NCBI RefSeq assembly: GCF_006345805.1
Contig: NC_042997.1
Location: 153,698,001-153,762,000, forward strand
Reading direction: 5' to 3'
DNA length: 64,000 nt
Origin: Octopus sinensis
Lineage: Eukaryota
Of the stretch, positions 25,101 to 38,900 are shown in pieces; position 1 is the first letter of the stretch, and every line of letters starts with the position of its first letter. The position numbers were made by a program, and so were the translations under genes. Under the pieces are notes generated by a model. It was not told the DNA's origin, searched no databases, and worked only from the letters and a program-made list of their open reading frames with translations.

Positions 25101-28100
25101 ATAATACAAGCGTATGTGGGAGCTTTTATGTAGTCACTCAAGCCAGCTAGAAATATCACCCAGATGTCCTTCACTTCACATCTGCTGTCTTAATAATAAG
25201 TAATAAGGAAACATTCGACCATATGTTATTATAACGCATGGATGAAAGTTACTATGGTCACTGACTGAACACCTTTTGATTACAGATCCATTCTAAAGGG
25301 GCTGACCTAGAACTGGACTGTAAAAATACTGTATGGTATTAAGTCATCCTTTGGGAGAAGTTTTTCTTGGAGTTGAAAATTATAATTAAGTTCTGCTGCA
25401 CGGCACCTTGGGCAAGTGTATTCTACTAGAGCCTTGGGCCAACCAGATCCTTGTGAGTGGATTTGGTTGACAGAAACTGAAAGAAGCGCATTGTATGTGT
25501 GTGTGTGCATGCATACATATGTCTTTGTTTGCTCCCTCCATGGTATGTTTATGCCTTCATAACTTAGTAGCTTAGCAATAGAGACCAATAGAATAAGTAC
25601 CAGGCTTCTCAAAAAAATAACAAAAAAACAAGCACTGGAGTCAATTCTTCGAACTAAAATTCTTCAAGGAGATGCCCCAGCATGGCCACAGTATAATGAC
25701 TGAAACAAGTAAAAGGTAAAATATATCAGCTGCTTATATTTGAAGAAATTTTATGTCTCAAATATTTGATGCAAAAATATTCAAAAACCTTTTGCATTTA
25801 ACTTTGCCTTGCAGCAAGATGTGGCTGTGTGGTTAAGAAGCTTGCTTCCTAACCATGTCATCTTGAGTTCAATGCCCCTGTGTGGCACCTGGAGTAATGT
25901 CTCCCACTATACCCACGGGTCAGCCAAAGCCTCATAAGTGGGTATGGTAGACAGAAAGAAGACGCTTGTCATATATCTCACATGTCAAGACAAGTACATA
26001 GAAACACACTCACAAACACAGACATAAACATTCACACAATATATATATATATATATTTATGTATTTGTATGTACCCTTGTATTGACATCACATGATTATT
26101 ATATATTAGCATCACCATCATACAAGTTATGGTGCTTGTTTCCAGTGTTCCATGAAAACCATGTCTGGTTATCTTGCCTGGAAACAGGTGAGGGTTGGCA
26201 ACAGAAAGGGCATCCAGCCATAGAAAATCTGTCTCAACAATTTCCATCTGCCCTATGCAACCCTGGAAAAAGTGGACATTAAATGATGATGATTGTCTTT
26301 TGTATGTTAAATATTTCACGAGTAAATTTTTCAGAAACATTTTGCATTTAACTTTTCCATGGTTTCATGTATATATGAAGATACAATGAAAGAAATCTAT
26401 TCTATAATTTATTGTTACTCTTTGCAGGGGAAGAACATTATAAACACATGTTGTGAACTGAAAGTTAACCACGTTGTCTACAGTGGTTTAGAAAGTGCAG
26501 TTCGCATCAGTGGCCTAGTGTGTGATCACTTTGATGGCAAAGCTGAAGTTGAAGAATATGTAAAAAATAGCGGAGTTAATAAGTACACCATTATCCGACT
26601 ACCATGGTATTATGAAAATCTTTATGAAAATACTCCTCCACAGAAAATATCAGAAAATAAGTATAAACTACGTAAGTAACCAAAACCTATCAGCTATAAA
26701 ATTCTTTATTCTTGTTTTGTATTTTATTATATTTATATAATCACCATGTAATTGTTGCTGTTTCCATGAACTGATGGACCTCCTCACACAAGCCTGTATA
26801 TTAAAAAGTGTAAATGGTATTGGTTCTTCAGAGAATTCTAAAGGTTAACTCATAAGATTATACATCCAGCCAAATGGTATAAAGATTTGTATCACTCAAT
26901 ATTTTGACTTATTGTCTAAGGTCATTTAAGCCTGCCATATCTAGACCAAATATTCTTCCTGCTTTATGCGCAAACTGCTCAGATCTGGCTTTTCTCACCT
27001 ATCCTACAATATCATTCTAAAAACATCAACGTGAATAAATAAGCATTACATTTGACCGAGTAATCTGAACACTGAAGGGTTAATACTACCTCTCAACCCT
27101 CAGGCACCCATCACAGATTTCACCTTATTGCAAACATTCAAGCTAGGTACCAGGTTTGAGAATAACAAAGAATGTTGTGTACCCCTCTGTTGGTCGTCAG
27201 GTGGTACCAGTGTAGATATTTACCCAGCAGAAGCTCCTGTAAAAGATTGCTCTATCACTTGTTGTGTAACATGTAACTCTTTTCCATGTCTTTAAATATA
27301 TTGGTGTTTCTATTGATCTCCCAATTCTTTCGTTGCTTTTCTTTAAAGCCATCATTCCCCATGACTTTACAGCCCAGCTTCTCTTGGCTCTGGTTGGTTT
27401 GAAGTAATAACTAGACAGTCATGTTTTACCCAACAATACTATCATCTTTAATCTCCATGTGTTCATGCTTACATGGGTGGGATGAAGTTTATTGAAACAG
27501 ATTTTCTACATCTGAATATCCATCCCGTCACCAACCTTCACCTGTTTCCAAGCAAGACAATATTTCCTCATTGCCTGACATGTTCTCGTAAAATATTGGG
27601 AAAAATGACACTACCTGTATGACAAACTGAAACAGTTACATTGCAAAACAATTGTTGAAACCATTTGAGAACAGACAAAAACTGTTGTATGATTTTCATT
27701 TTTTTCTTAATCATATTGTCTGCTGTTAAGTATCAAAAACTTCTGTCTCGCTTTTGTAACCAGGATGCTGACACTTCTACTACATCTCTTTGTAAATGAC
27801 CCAGGCATAAAAATTACAGTAGAACTTTTTAACAATTGGGTGTGGAGAAATAAATGAAAAGTGAATGCTGAAATGATTATGCAAATGATTATACCCCTGA
27901 TGGAACTGTAAAAAAATAATTTGTAAAAAAGTTTTCCTGTAGCAGTGAATACCTTCCTGACACAGAATGTATTAAATAGTCCTATATAAAGCTACATACA
28001 TAGACTTCTCAAAAATAACCCTAAACCTCTAGTTGATTTAAAGTTATCAAGCCAGTAAAGTAGGGGTGGAGATGTCCAATCAACCTGTTAGAAACAACCA

Positions 28101-28329
28101 CCAACTCTCCCTCAAATTAAACCCTGCCGTTTTAAAAAAAGCTGCATAGGAAAGTGAAATAACTGTTATATTATGCATAGAGAAACAGCATTGAAAGATG
28201 TCTTGATCTTCCCAACCACATGGTTCAGTCCCCCTGTGTGGCACCTCAGGCAAGTGTCTTCTGCCATAGCCTTGGGCTGACTTAAGCCTTGTGAGTGGAT
28301 TTGGTAGACAGGAACTGAAAGAAAACCAT

Positions 28330-28364
<35 letters not shown>

Positions 28365-31300
28365 CCCATGCTAGCATGGAAAGCGGATACTAAATGATGA
28401 TGATGATGACATACAGACATTCATCATCATTATTTAACATCCACTTTCCATGCTGGCATGGGTTAGATAGTTTGACTGGAACTGGTAAGCCAGAAAGCCA
28501 CACCAGGTTCTAGTCTGATTTGGTTTGGTTTCTATGGCTGAATGCCCTTCCTAATGCCATCCACTCCAAGAGTGTGATCGGTGCTTTTTATGTGCCACCA
28601 GTACAGGTGCTATTTACATGACACCTTCAACAGCCATGACTACAATTTCACTTGGCTTAACCGGCAATGGCCACAATTATGATTTCATTTGGCTTAATGA
28701 GTCTTCTCAGCATAGCATATTGCAGACTCAGTCTCTTGTCATCGCCTCCATGACTCTCACCATTTGAAGATCATGCTTCTAATATTGGTTATGATTACAA
28801 TTTCACAAGTGCCATTGGCATGACACAGCCAATGTCCACAACTACAATTTCACTTGGCTTGACGAGTCTTCCCAAGCACAAGTCATTTATTGTGTAACAC
28901 CTGTTTATATTTTCCCTTTTGGTTTTGAAATTACAATTCTGTACATTTTGTTTTAAATTTTGGATTCATTCATAAGCTAATAAGGTTCTTTATTTTTCAG
29001 CAATTCCAATTGGCAACTCTTATATGTATGGAATCAGTGTGGATGAAATTGGTGAATGTATTCATTCAATATTCATGAATTCAGAGAAATACCATAAGAA
29101 AACAATTGGATTGGCAGCAGATCAGTTCCTTATACATACTTGTTGTAAGATCCTAACAAAGCATCTTAGTCCACTAGAATTCGTCCATGCCCAGGTGAGT
29201 GAAATTAAAGATTTGCTTTCTATTTTATGAGCTTCTCAGTCAATAGAAAAACTACAATAAGGTGTCTTAAATATTTCATTATAGCCTGTAAGTCATTTCA
29301 TTTTCTTCCAGTGATGCACTGATGTGTGTGTAGGTGAAAAATCCCTTCAGTCATGAATGACCATGGGATTGCACCTAGGAAGTTCCCCTCCAAGGAACAA
29401 GTCTGGGTAAGGTTGTTTATGGAAGACCGGCAGTTTCCCATGCAGACAAGCCTCTCCTCTCCATGCCAACAATGTTATCCAAGGAAAGGCAGCCTGGCAC
29501 CAGTGGTATCACAACTCATTCCTACAGCTGAGTGAACTGGAGTATTTTGCTCGATAACTCAACACACAGCCCTGTCCAAAAATTGAACTTGCTACCTCAT
29601 TATATATATATATATATAGGCACAGGAGTGGCTGTGTGGTAAGTAGCTTGCTTACCAACTACATGGTTCCGGGTTCAGTCCCACTGCATGGCATCTTGGG
29701 CAAGTGTCTTCTACTATAGCCTCAGGCCAACCAAAGACTAGTGGAATTGGTAGACGGAAACTGAAAGAAGCCCATCGTATATATGTATAGATATATATAT
29801 GTTTGTGTGTCTGTGTTTGTCCCCCCAACATCGCTTGACAACCAATGCTGGTGTATTTACGTTCCCGTAACTTAGCGGTTCGGCAAAAGAGAGCAATAGA
29901 ATAAGTACCAGGCTTACAAAGAATAAGTGCTGGAGTTGATTTGCTTGACTAAAGGCAGTGATCCAACATGGCCACAGTCAAATGACTGAAACAAGTAAAG
30001 AGTATATATATTGGGTTGGCAACTAAGTTCCCGCCGTTTTTTTAAATTTAAACTTTTTTAAAGGTTTAATAAAAAATAGCAACTAATTAATCAATAATGT
30101 ATTCACCCTTGTTTACAACATCTTTCCAACATTGAACAAGATTTCAGTACCTCGAAAAATTGATCCAACCAAACTCTCAATTCTGCATCAGTATTGAACG
30201 AAACTCCATGCATAGCACTTGAAAAAGATCGAAAGGGGTGGAAATCCATTGGTGCCAAATCAGGAGAGTACGGCAAGTGCGGCGGCATTTCCCAGACATG
30301 CATTTGAATGGCTTCCTTGGTCATATTGGCGATATGAGGCTGGGCGTTGTTGTGGAGCAGCAGAACTCCATACTGCTGCTGAGGACTTTTCTCTTGAATA
30401 GCCGTGTTGAGTTGTTCTATCTGTTGAACATAGTTTCACGTTGACCATTTGGTTCTGTTCAAACAATTCATACGCACATCGTTTTACATCGATGAAGATC
30501 TTGTTTCATATGTGGTGTTGCTTGTTTACCAGGGCTAAGCCATTCCTTATGCTAACAAGCAAGCAAACCAGCAGAGATTGTGGATCTTTGATTTTTGCTA
30601 TTGTCACTTAAAGCATGCGGAAGCCATGCTCCATACTTCTGAACCTTCCCCATCGAGTGAAAATGCTTCTCTATGTGGGAGCATTCCATTTTCTCTGCCA
30701 GTTCCCTTGATGTTTGAAGAGAATTTTCGTGCAAAAGTTGGTTTAATTGCTCTTCATCGAACTCAACTAGATGGGCAGAATGAGGTGCATCTTTGAGGTC
30801 AAAATTTCCATGTTTAAACTTGGCATACCAATCACAAATGTCACGAGCAGCTTTTGCAGCCTTAGAACTTTGATTAAAAGCAAAAAGGTGTCAAAAGTGC
30901 TTGCTTTTCTTAACTTGACATTTCATTATAACGATCTGAAAATAATTAAAATTTAACTAGACAAAAATATAAAAAAACCGTGGAAACTCAGTTGCCAACC
31001 CAATCATATATATATATACTAGCACCTGGCATTGAAATTTATTCTTCAATTGGGAAATCAGTCATGCATTCATAGTACAAAAACAAAAAGTAATAATTTA
31101 AAAAATGCAAACTTTTATGAAGGGAGATTACCTAATAGCTTCTGATTTGGAGCATAGACAAATAAGTCTTGCAAACTACCAACATAAAGTTGACCATGAG
31201 AAAAGCAAGGCTCAATTAAGTGCAAGCCAGTAGATTTCAGTCTGACTTCGAGCTTTATCAAGACACTGCAAAGCAAAGTTGCACTGGGAATTGTATTCAT

Positions 31301-32830
31301 TTGAACTCAAATGACATGTTTGTTGGTTTGATTGGAATTCTTGGAATAAAAATGTCTTCCCGGAAGCACATCCAATAATGATAATAGCTTCTATCACATT
31401 AGATAACCTTCTCATTGCATAATTTAGGAGGATTTCTTAACAGTATTAGGACTCCTACCTTCAGAAAAAGTTTATGCAATGGAGTTCCAACCATGTCTGT
31501 AATGTCATAATTTGTCTCTCTTGCCATGTCACTTGAAATTAATTCACAAATTTGACAGTTTCTCTTTGGCAATCGAAAGTTAGACTCTTGTAAATTTTTG
31601 CTTCTCATGGCCAAAACTTGATCCTCAATTTCAATCAGTGCTTGGTTAGAAATTGTTTCAGAGAACTGAATATCAATATCTAGGTTTGTCTATTGAACTG
31701 CATACTTTCTTTTAGTGTTTAGATTGGCCACAACCGACCGAAAATTACTCCCCTTTATTTGAACTGGCCAATTCCAGCTATATCCGATTTCTTTACATAG
31801 TCGCTAAGAAAAATATAATCATATTGAATTCCCGTAGCATTGAGATAATGCAAGATAAAACCCTTTCCACCTTTATTCAAGTGAAATTTTTGAGACTTCT
31901 TAGTTTTTGCAACGTTTGAAGAGTGTATATCTTAGTTTTTAAAGAAATGGTGCCAGCAAGTAGCAATTCAGGCTTCAAAGATTTTCTTCTTGATAATAAA
32001 GACCGATTTCTCTTTGGATTCAGGTCGCAATGCTCATTTTCTAGAAAACCTTGTTGATAGCACGTTTCTATAAGTTTCACACACGACCATTTACCCTCCT
32101 TGATTCTTTGAATGATTTAGGACCATATACTTCATGCAAAAGGAACTGCAAGTAGTAGCATTCTACTTGGCGGTGGGGGGGAGGGCTTTTTTTCTTCAGG
32201 TGTAATAATTGGGTAAAAGACTTGTCAGCACTTGTTCTAATAAATTACGTTTATTCTTAAAGTGCCCCATTACTGTTACGTCGACTTTCCACATTATTTA
32301 CTACCATTGCTTTAGTAATAAGCTAAGAGACATCAGTTGTATTGTGCAAGTATGATAATGACGTATATGGCTGAAGACAGCTGCATAAGTGCTGATCTCC
32401 AATTGTGAATGCTGAACTTGTTTTAAACGGGGCCACATTCATTGACTTACGTTTCAATAGAATTGTCAAGCAAAAATAAGCACACAGTTAACAAGCATAA
32501 TGACTAGGCTATTCCCCTTGGACCTGTGCTTTCTCTTTTTAGTTGAGTGGCTACTGCTCTCTTTGTGGGACCATCATAGCTAAATTTAAAACCTTTGTCT
32601 ACTTCCAGATTTCTTGTGACGAATATGAAGATCAGAATCAGAGTATTCCAGGTGTAAAGGAGCTGTCAAATATGTTCCGGTTTTATAAACAGGCAAGAAG
32701 TGACCGTAACATAGAAGAATCACGAGAACTGAATCCTAAACTTGCAAATTTGGATGATTGGGTGAAACAGAACAAAGAAAAGTTGCTGAAAGCCCTAGAA
32801 GAAAACGATAAACTAACTGCAGAGAGCTAG
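22137..32830 (+). CDS. NMRAL1: NmrA-like family domain-containing protein 1 (NADPH-sensing atypical SDR), 5 exons, 331 aa
   Basis: Exons 22137-22344, 24891-25018, 26428-26671, 29001-29194, 32609-32830. All have GT-AG sites, phases are consistent (1,0,1,0) and the total is 996 nt. Motifs: ITVFGATGMQGGSVV (Rossmann), VRAVTRHP, HFDGKAEVEEY, IRLPWYYEN, ELSNMFRFY..R..E....LNPK. AATAAA at 32890. Confidence 0.93.
23280..24790 (-). mobile_element. RTE-clade LINE 3' fragment in NMRAL1 intron 1 (part duplicated at 18680-19428)
   Basis: QVWKQNLESKGLKVNLVKTK, GRLYDACM...LHSSETWAL, ERKLCWFGHV. Confidence 0.82.
30011..31003 (-). mobile_element. Mariner (Tc1/mariner) element, internally deleted, both TIRs present
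   Basis: TIRs ttgggttggcaactaagtt / aactcagttgccaacccaa; TA at the left end. Transposase fragments GAWLPHAL and HLPYSPDLAPMDF. Confidence 0.88.
31019..32250 (-). mobile_element. Decayed Helitron middle/PIF1-helicase fragment with 3' CTAG end, NMRAL1 intron 4
   Basis: Fragments CYYLQFLLHEVYGPKSF, PLHKLFLKVG..ILLRNPPKLCN, CFSHGQLYVG. Minus strand ends gccaggtgCTAG|t at 31019. Confidence 0.8.
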
Positions 32831-32972
32831 TTTAATCACCTAGACTGGTTCTCAAAAAGAAAAGGCATGTAAAAATATTTTGCGATGCCAATAAAAAACC
32901 AGAAGTGTTTTTATAAAAAATTTTATAGCTATTTATATATACAAGTCCAGATCTTATCACAGAACGGAATAA

Positions 32973-35900
32973 TTATTCACTTTCAGGCTCAGATTTAATT
33001 TTTTTCTTTTTCTTTTTCTTCTTTTTTACTTCTGTTGTGTCATCTTTATCTGTAAAGTAAAATATATTACATATTAAAAGAATATCGATTCATAGAACAA
33101 CAAATATCTGAATATTAATAATAATACAAATAGCTTTGAAAATCAAAAGGTTCGCCATCAGAATAGGGTGATGGATAAGTGTCATCATGAGCTTAACACT
33201 TCAATGGATAAATTCATCATCTGACGACCTTTATTACAAAGCTACCTTCCAAGATTGAAATATGAAGTAACTTTTAAGCAAATATACATACCGGCCTCTT
33301 CTGGTTCTGATTTGACCTCTTCCTTCACTGCAAGTTAAAAGAAAGTAAATCTATTATAAATCATCATCATCATCGTTTAACGTCCGTTCTCCATGCTAGC
33401 ATGGGTTGGACGGTTCGACCGGGGATCTGGGAAGCCAGAAGGCTGCACCAGGCTCCGGTCTTATCTGGCAATGTTTCTACAGCTGGATGCCCTTCCTAAC
33501 GCCAAATCAATGAAAATAATTCATTAGCAGAATGTAGCACTGCCATGGGGTAAATTCATCTTGGAAATGTAAGACCAAGTTTCACTCCAGAAATATTAAA
33601 AGAATGTCTACAGGATTCAGAACTGAAGTTATTCAATTTATTTGTATTACTAGTGTATGCCTCACCCTAAAAATTATCAATTCAACTGAAAATGTATTAT
33701 GTACACATTTCTTGCTCTCTTACGTTTTGTGTTGTTTCAAAATAAACAGTGCAGTATCTCATTTTCACATCCATGACAGCCAGATTGCATGTGTCTATTT
33801 CAGTAACCTATTTCTTTATTACCCACAAGGGGCTAAACACAGAGGGGACAAACAAGGACAGACGACCTCGGTGGAATTTGAACTCACAACGTAACGCAGA
33901 CGAAATACCGCTAAGCTTTTCGCCCGACGTGCTAACGTTTCTGCCAGCTCGCCACCTTTTCAGTCTATTTCAGTAACCTACATACTCTTCTCTTATGAGA
34001 TTGAGGCACACATGCCTCACCTCTAACCCCTACATTCCTCTGCTAATGCTTATTTTCTCTCTCAGCCTGCCATTCTTTATCATTTCTGAATGATAGAACA
34101 TGTCTAATACCTGTTTGTTACCATGCAACTTCACACACAAAAATCTGATTTTATTCGGTGGATTCAATGTTCACAGAGATCACAAGCAGTCAAAATGCAA
34201 CATTCATCATGAGAAAGACATACCAGTTGACAGGTCCATTGCTGCCATCTAGGATCTAAATACTTAATTGACTTCACTCTCTAACTAACCCTTTAGCATT
34301 TGAACCGTCCATACCTAGCCAAATAACTGCATGTTTTATGTTCTAACTGGCCAGATCTGGAATCTCTCATCAACCCTATGTGATTCAAAAAATTAAATTA
34401 TCATATCATCAATTATCTCAAAGCGACAGAATAATGCTTGATTAATTAAAAACAATATAAATTTACAAGTATTACATTTGACAATGATCTGAATACTAAG
34501 CAGTTAAACCAACCATATCCAATTCAATGAAATATACTGTTTTAACCCCTTAATGTTCAGATTACTGTCAAATGTATAGCTTATTTATTCACATTGTTTT
34601 GAATAAACCATGCATTATCTTGTAGCTTCAAAATTCCAATGATGTGGTATTTTAAAAATAAACTAACGTTGTAGGGTACATGTAAGAGGCCAGATCTGGA
34701 TAGTTTGAACATAAAACAGACTATTTTGGCTGGTTTAGGTGCTATCATCATCATTTAACATCCGTCTTCCATGGGATGGTTCCACAAGAGCCAGCCGGGT
34801 CGAAGCTTGCACCAGCCTTCTGTGACTGTTTTGGCAAGGTTTTTACAGCTGGATGCCCTTCCGAACACCAACCACTTTACACTGTAGATTCTGAGTGATT
34901 TTAAGTGGCACCTGCACTGATAGGGTCACCAACTACTTGCTAGACCAAAAAATAAAGAGGCATCGGTTTAGGTGATGATGGAAAGGTTATATAGTGAGAC
35001 AGATATAGGTGTCCTGCTGTAAAAGAAGTACAAGGTTACCTGGCCAGAGAGAGTTAGGTCAGAAATGAAGACAGAAACAGGTGTGCTACTGCACAGAAAT
35101 ACACACTTACCCAATCTGGGGGAAGTGCAGGATTTAAATATCTCATTATCAAGCTAGCCCTTCGAAAATGAACTAGAATTGAATTATAGAAAATTCTAAT
35201 TTAAATCACTTTAAAACGGTGACTTGGTGATCTCAGGTGAGTTTATATGCAAAATGCTGACGGCTTTTAGGCAAATTCATATAGGCATGTATGTATATAT
35301 ATATATATATGTAATAGTATGTTTGAGAGTTTTCCAGCGTGAAGTACAATAAAACTATACTCCCGAGGATAGCAATCAAGGCTTTTCTTTTGGCATTTCA
35401 GTGTCACAGTTGACAGAATCTTCAACTGTTAAAAATAGAAATGCACCCTATTAAAAGAATGTTTTTGCAATTTTATTTTGTGGTGGAGTTTCTGCACTAT
35501 CTTGACAATATCCCCAAACCTGAGCTTAACCCTTTAGCCTTCAGATTACTTTGTCAACTGCAATTCACATGCATTTTATCTTAGCTTCAAAATTTCAAAG
35601 ATGCTATTGTATAATCTTTAGAATGATGTGGGATAGTTGCAAAGAGCCATATCTGAAAATGAAGTAGACAGAATATTTGGGTTGATTTAAATGCTAAAAG
35701 TTAACATCACATTTTTCAAGTCTTTTCTCACCAATTTCTAGAAATTGGAATTACAACCATTATTATTAACAAGTCTCAAACATAAATATCTCTAAATGAA
35801 GATTATATACTGAAAGAGAAATATCTCAATTACCAGATTCATCAACTTTTCTCTTTTTGGAAGATTTGCCTTCTGTCACAGACTCATCTAATTTTCTCTT

Positions 35901-38900
35901 TTTGCTCTTACTCAATGTGGAATCTTGGCCTTCATCATATTTCTTAACAACACTGCAAAATAGATGCAAAATTTTATAACCTGAGGTTAAAAAGTGCAAA
36001 ATGGAGATTTAATAAAATGAATTTTTTTTTTTAATTAAACTTGTTTGCAATTTATCTTATTTTAAAATTTAAACAAGAGCCAACTTGTTTCAGGTGATAC
36101 GAAAAGGATGGGAGTCCTTTATTTCAATACAACTGCCTCTTGGTTGTGTAGTGGCTACAAATAAATCGATGTTAGAAAACAAGTGCCGTTCCCCCATCAT
36201 TTGATGATGGAGAGGGATCACTTAGCTATGTGTTGAGAGTATTTTGGTTACATTCCAAGTTTAAACAGCAGCCAAATTTACTTTTTCAATTCTTTTAAAG
36301 GCAGTAATAAAACAAATGCCAGTCCTGAATTAAAATGTTGTCCAAACAATAAGGTCAATATATTCAACTATACACTCTAAAAGTAGTGTCACAGTAAAGA
36401 AAATATCCTACTAATAATTCACATCAATTCTGTTTAGACACTAAGGTCAATATAACCTAAAATCAACTTACCTTTTATTTTCATATTTATCAAATGTCTT
36501 TCCTTTCCCATGCCCACTCAGTCTCCGTGACTGCAAAACAGAAATAAAATAATGAAAAATCAAAATACTAAAGGCTTCAAAAAATTTCAAAGAGAAACAG
36601 AAATTCATAATAAAATAAGCACTTACATTGCCTTCTTCCATTAACTTTAACCGTTTTTCTACTTTCGCTCTCTGTGCAATTCCTAATTCAGCACTGTCAT
36701 CTTCGCCAAGTGCATCATATCTCACAGCTAAGGATACCTTAGCAGCAAGTGAACGTGAAATCTGAAATAATTAATTTTTAGACTTGAAATATAACCAAAG
36801 ACCAAGTGTATGTAAAGAATAAATTTACTGTTATTTCAAAGAAAGCCAATGAGTATTTCAACATCATTTAACCTTTCACAACCCCAACCTACCTCTGAAT
36901 CCCAGATATAAAACCAACAATGATATATTTAACTTTTTATCATGTAAACCAGCCATATCCAGCCCAACAATTTTACTTGAATCATGTTCAAACTGGTCAG
37001 ATCAGGCCTCTCATACCTACACCACGTTATTCTAAAAATAAAGAGCCATCACCAAAATCTCAAGCAAAGCGAGATTAATTCAAAACAATGCAAAAAGCAC
37101 TCAGTACACTCAATAAAGTGATAGATCTTAGGAAGAGCTTCCAGGTGTAGTAACCAAACCAAAAGTTCAGAATTTAGTGCAGCCCCTAGCCTTGCCAGTT
37201 CTTATCAAGCTGTTCAACCCATGCAAAATGGACTTTTATTGAAAATAACAATTATGTGAATAAGCACTACATTCGACAGGGTAATCACCATCATTTAGCA
37301 CCTGTTTTCTATGCTGGCATGGGTTAGACAGTTCAACTGGAACTGGTAAGCCAGAGAGCTGTACCAGGATCCAGTCTGATTTTGGCTTGGTTTCTATGGC
37401 TGGATGCCGTTCCTAATGCCAACCACTCCGAGAGTGTAGTAGTGGGTGCTTTTTACGTCACCATCACAGGTGCCTTTCATGTATCGCCATCATTGAGGAG
37501 GGGCTTGACTGCTAAAAGTCTAGATTAGGATCTTTCATCATAATAAGAATAATTTTCTAAGTTATTTACCAACACCTATAAATCAAGAAACAAGTTCTTT
37601 CAGAGTGAAATGGTGCATTTTATTTATTTAGTTGCCAACAGCAGGTGGGATGACTAAAGACTTTACCCCATATTGTCTCCATTTCTCTTTGATAATATAG
37701 GTTGCATACTCATTCTTACACATGTATAGAATAAGAGCGATGGTCAATCATAAAAATTGTTACTAAGGTGGCTGTAGCCAGCCAAGAATTTTACTTGCAT
37801 GTGTCACCAAGCAACCACAAGTGGTTGAAATAATTTAGTCATATTTTTCCTGAGAATTTCAGTGCAAATCTCAATAGGACATTTGTGAAAACATGATGTC
37901 ACTATGTAAACAATTGAGTTACACTGTTCAACATCTCAAAATGTAATTCATTAAAGCCCTACACATACCAGACAAGTACTGGGATCAATTTAATGGGCAA
38001 ACCTTTCCTCCTAAATCTGTAGCCTACATCTTACTGAGCAGCATAGAAGTAGAATTGATGAGACATTTAGCAAAATGTGTGGCATTTGTTAATCTCGTTA
38101 CATTCCGAGTTCGACATCCAGGGTCACTAAAAGTGCCAATTAAACACTGGAGTTTGTTGTTAAAGAATTCCACTTCCCACAATGACCTGTACCTACATTA
38201 GATTACTGCAGTCTTTATATTCAAAAAGATATGTTTGATCTCGCTCATTTTCAACCCCTTTCCATCTTCTGTACCCAATACAAAATACAATAAGACAACT
38301 TACCCTTCCTTTTAGCTTCGCATTTGTCTGTGAAACAAGTGCAGCATGATAGATAAGTCCATATTTCGGGGTATCATGCATAGACTTAATTGCTTTAAAT
38401 AAAGCTTTCTCAGCTCCTAATATCTGTACAGTAGAGGATGGATGTTTTGCCAAGGTTAGAAGAGAACCTGAAGTAAATGTAGAAAAGAATAAAAACTATA
38501 ACACTGTCAGAAAGTCATTGCAATCTCAAAAGAACTCACTAGTTTCTTGCAGCATTACATAATTAGATGCAGAAGAACGTTCAAATGAAACTAAGCAATT
38601 TTAACCCTTTAACATTTAAACTTGTCACATCTGGCCTCCTGCTTTATGTTCAGACGGGATAGATCTACTCTCTCTCACCTATTCTACAATGTCATTCTAA
38701 ATATAGATAATAACATTGTCAAAATCTCAAAACTATGAGATAAGACACGATTAATTCAAAAAAATATGAATAAACAAGCTTTACATTTGTCATGAACACT
38801 AAAGGGTTAAATATGAATTTTTTTATTAAGTTGTAAAGAATATATTGGTGCTCAAAATTTGTATAAGGCTATTTATGACTTGCATTGTAAGAAAGACAAC

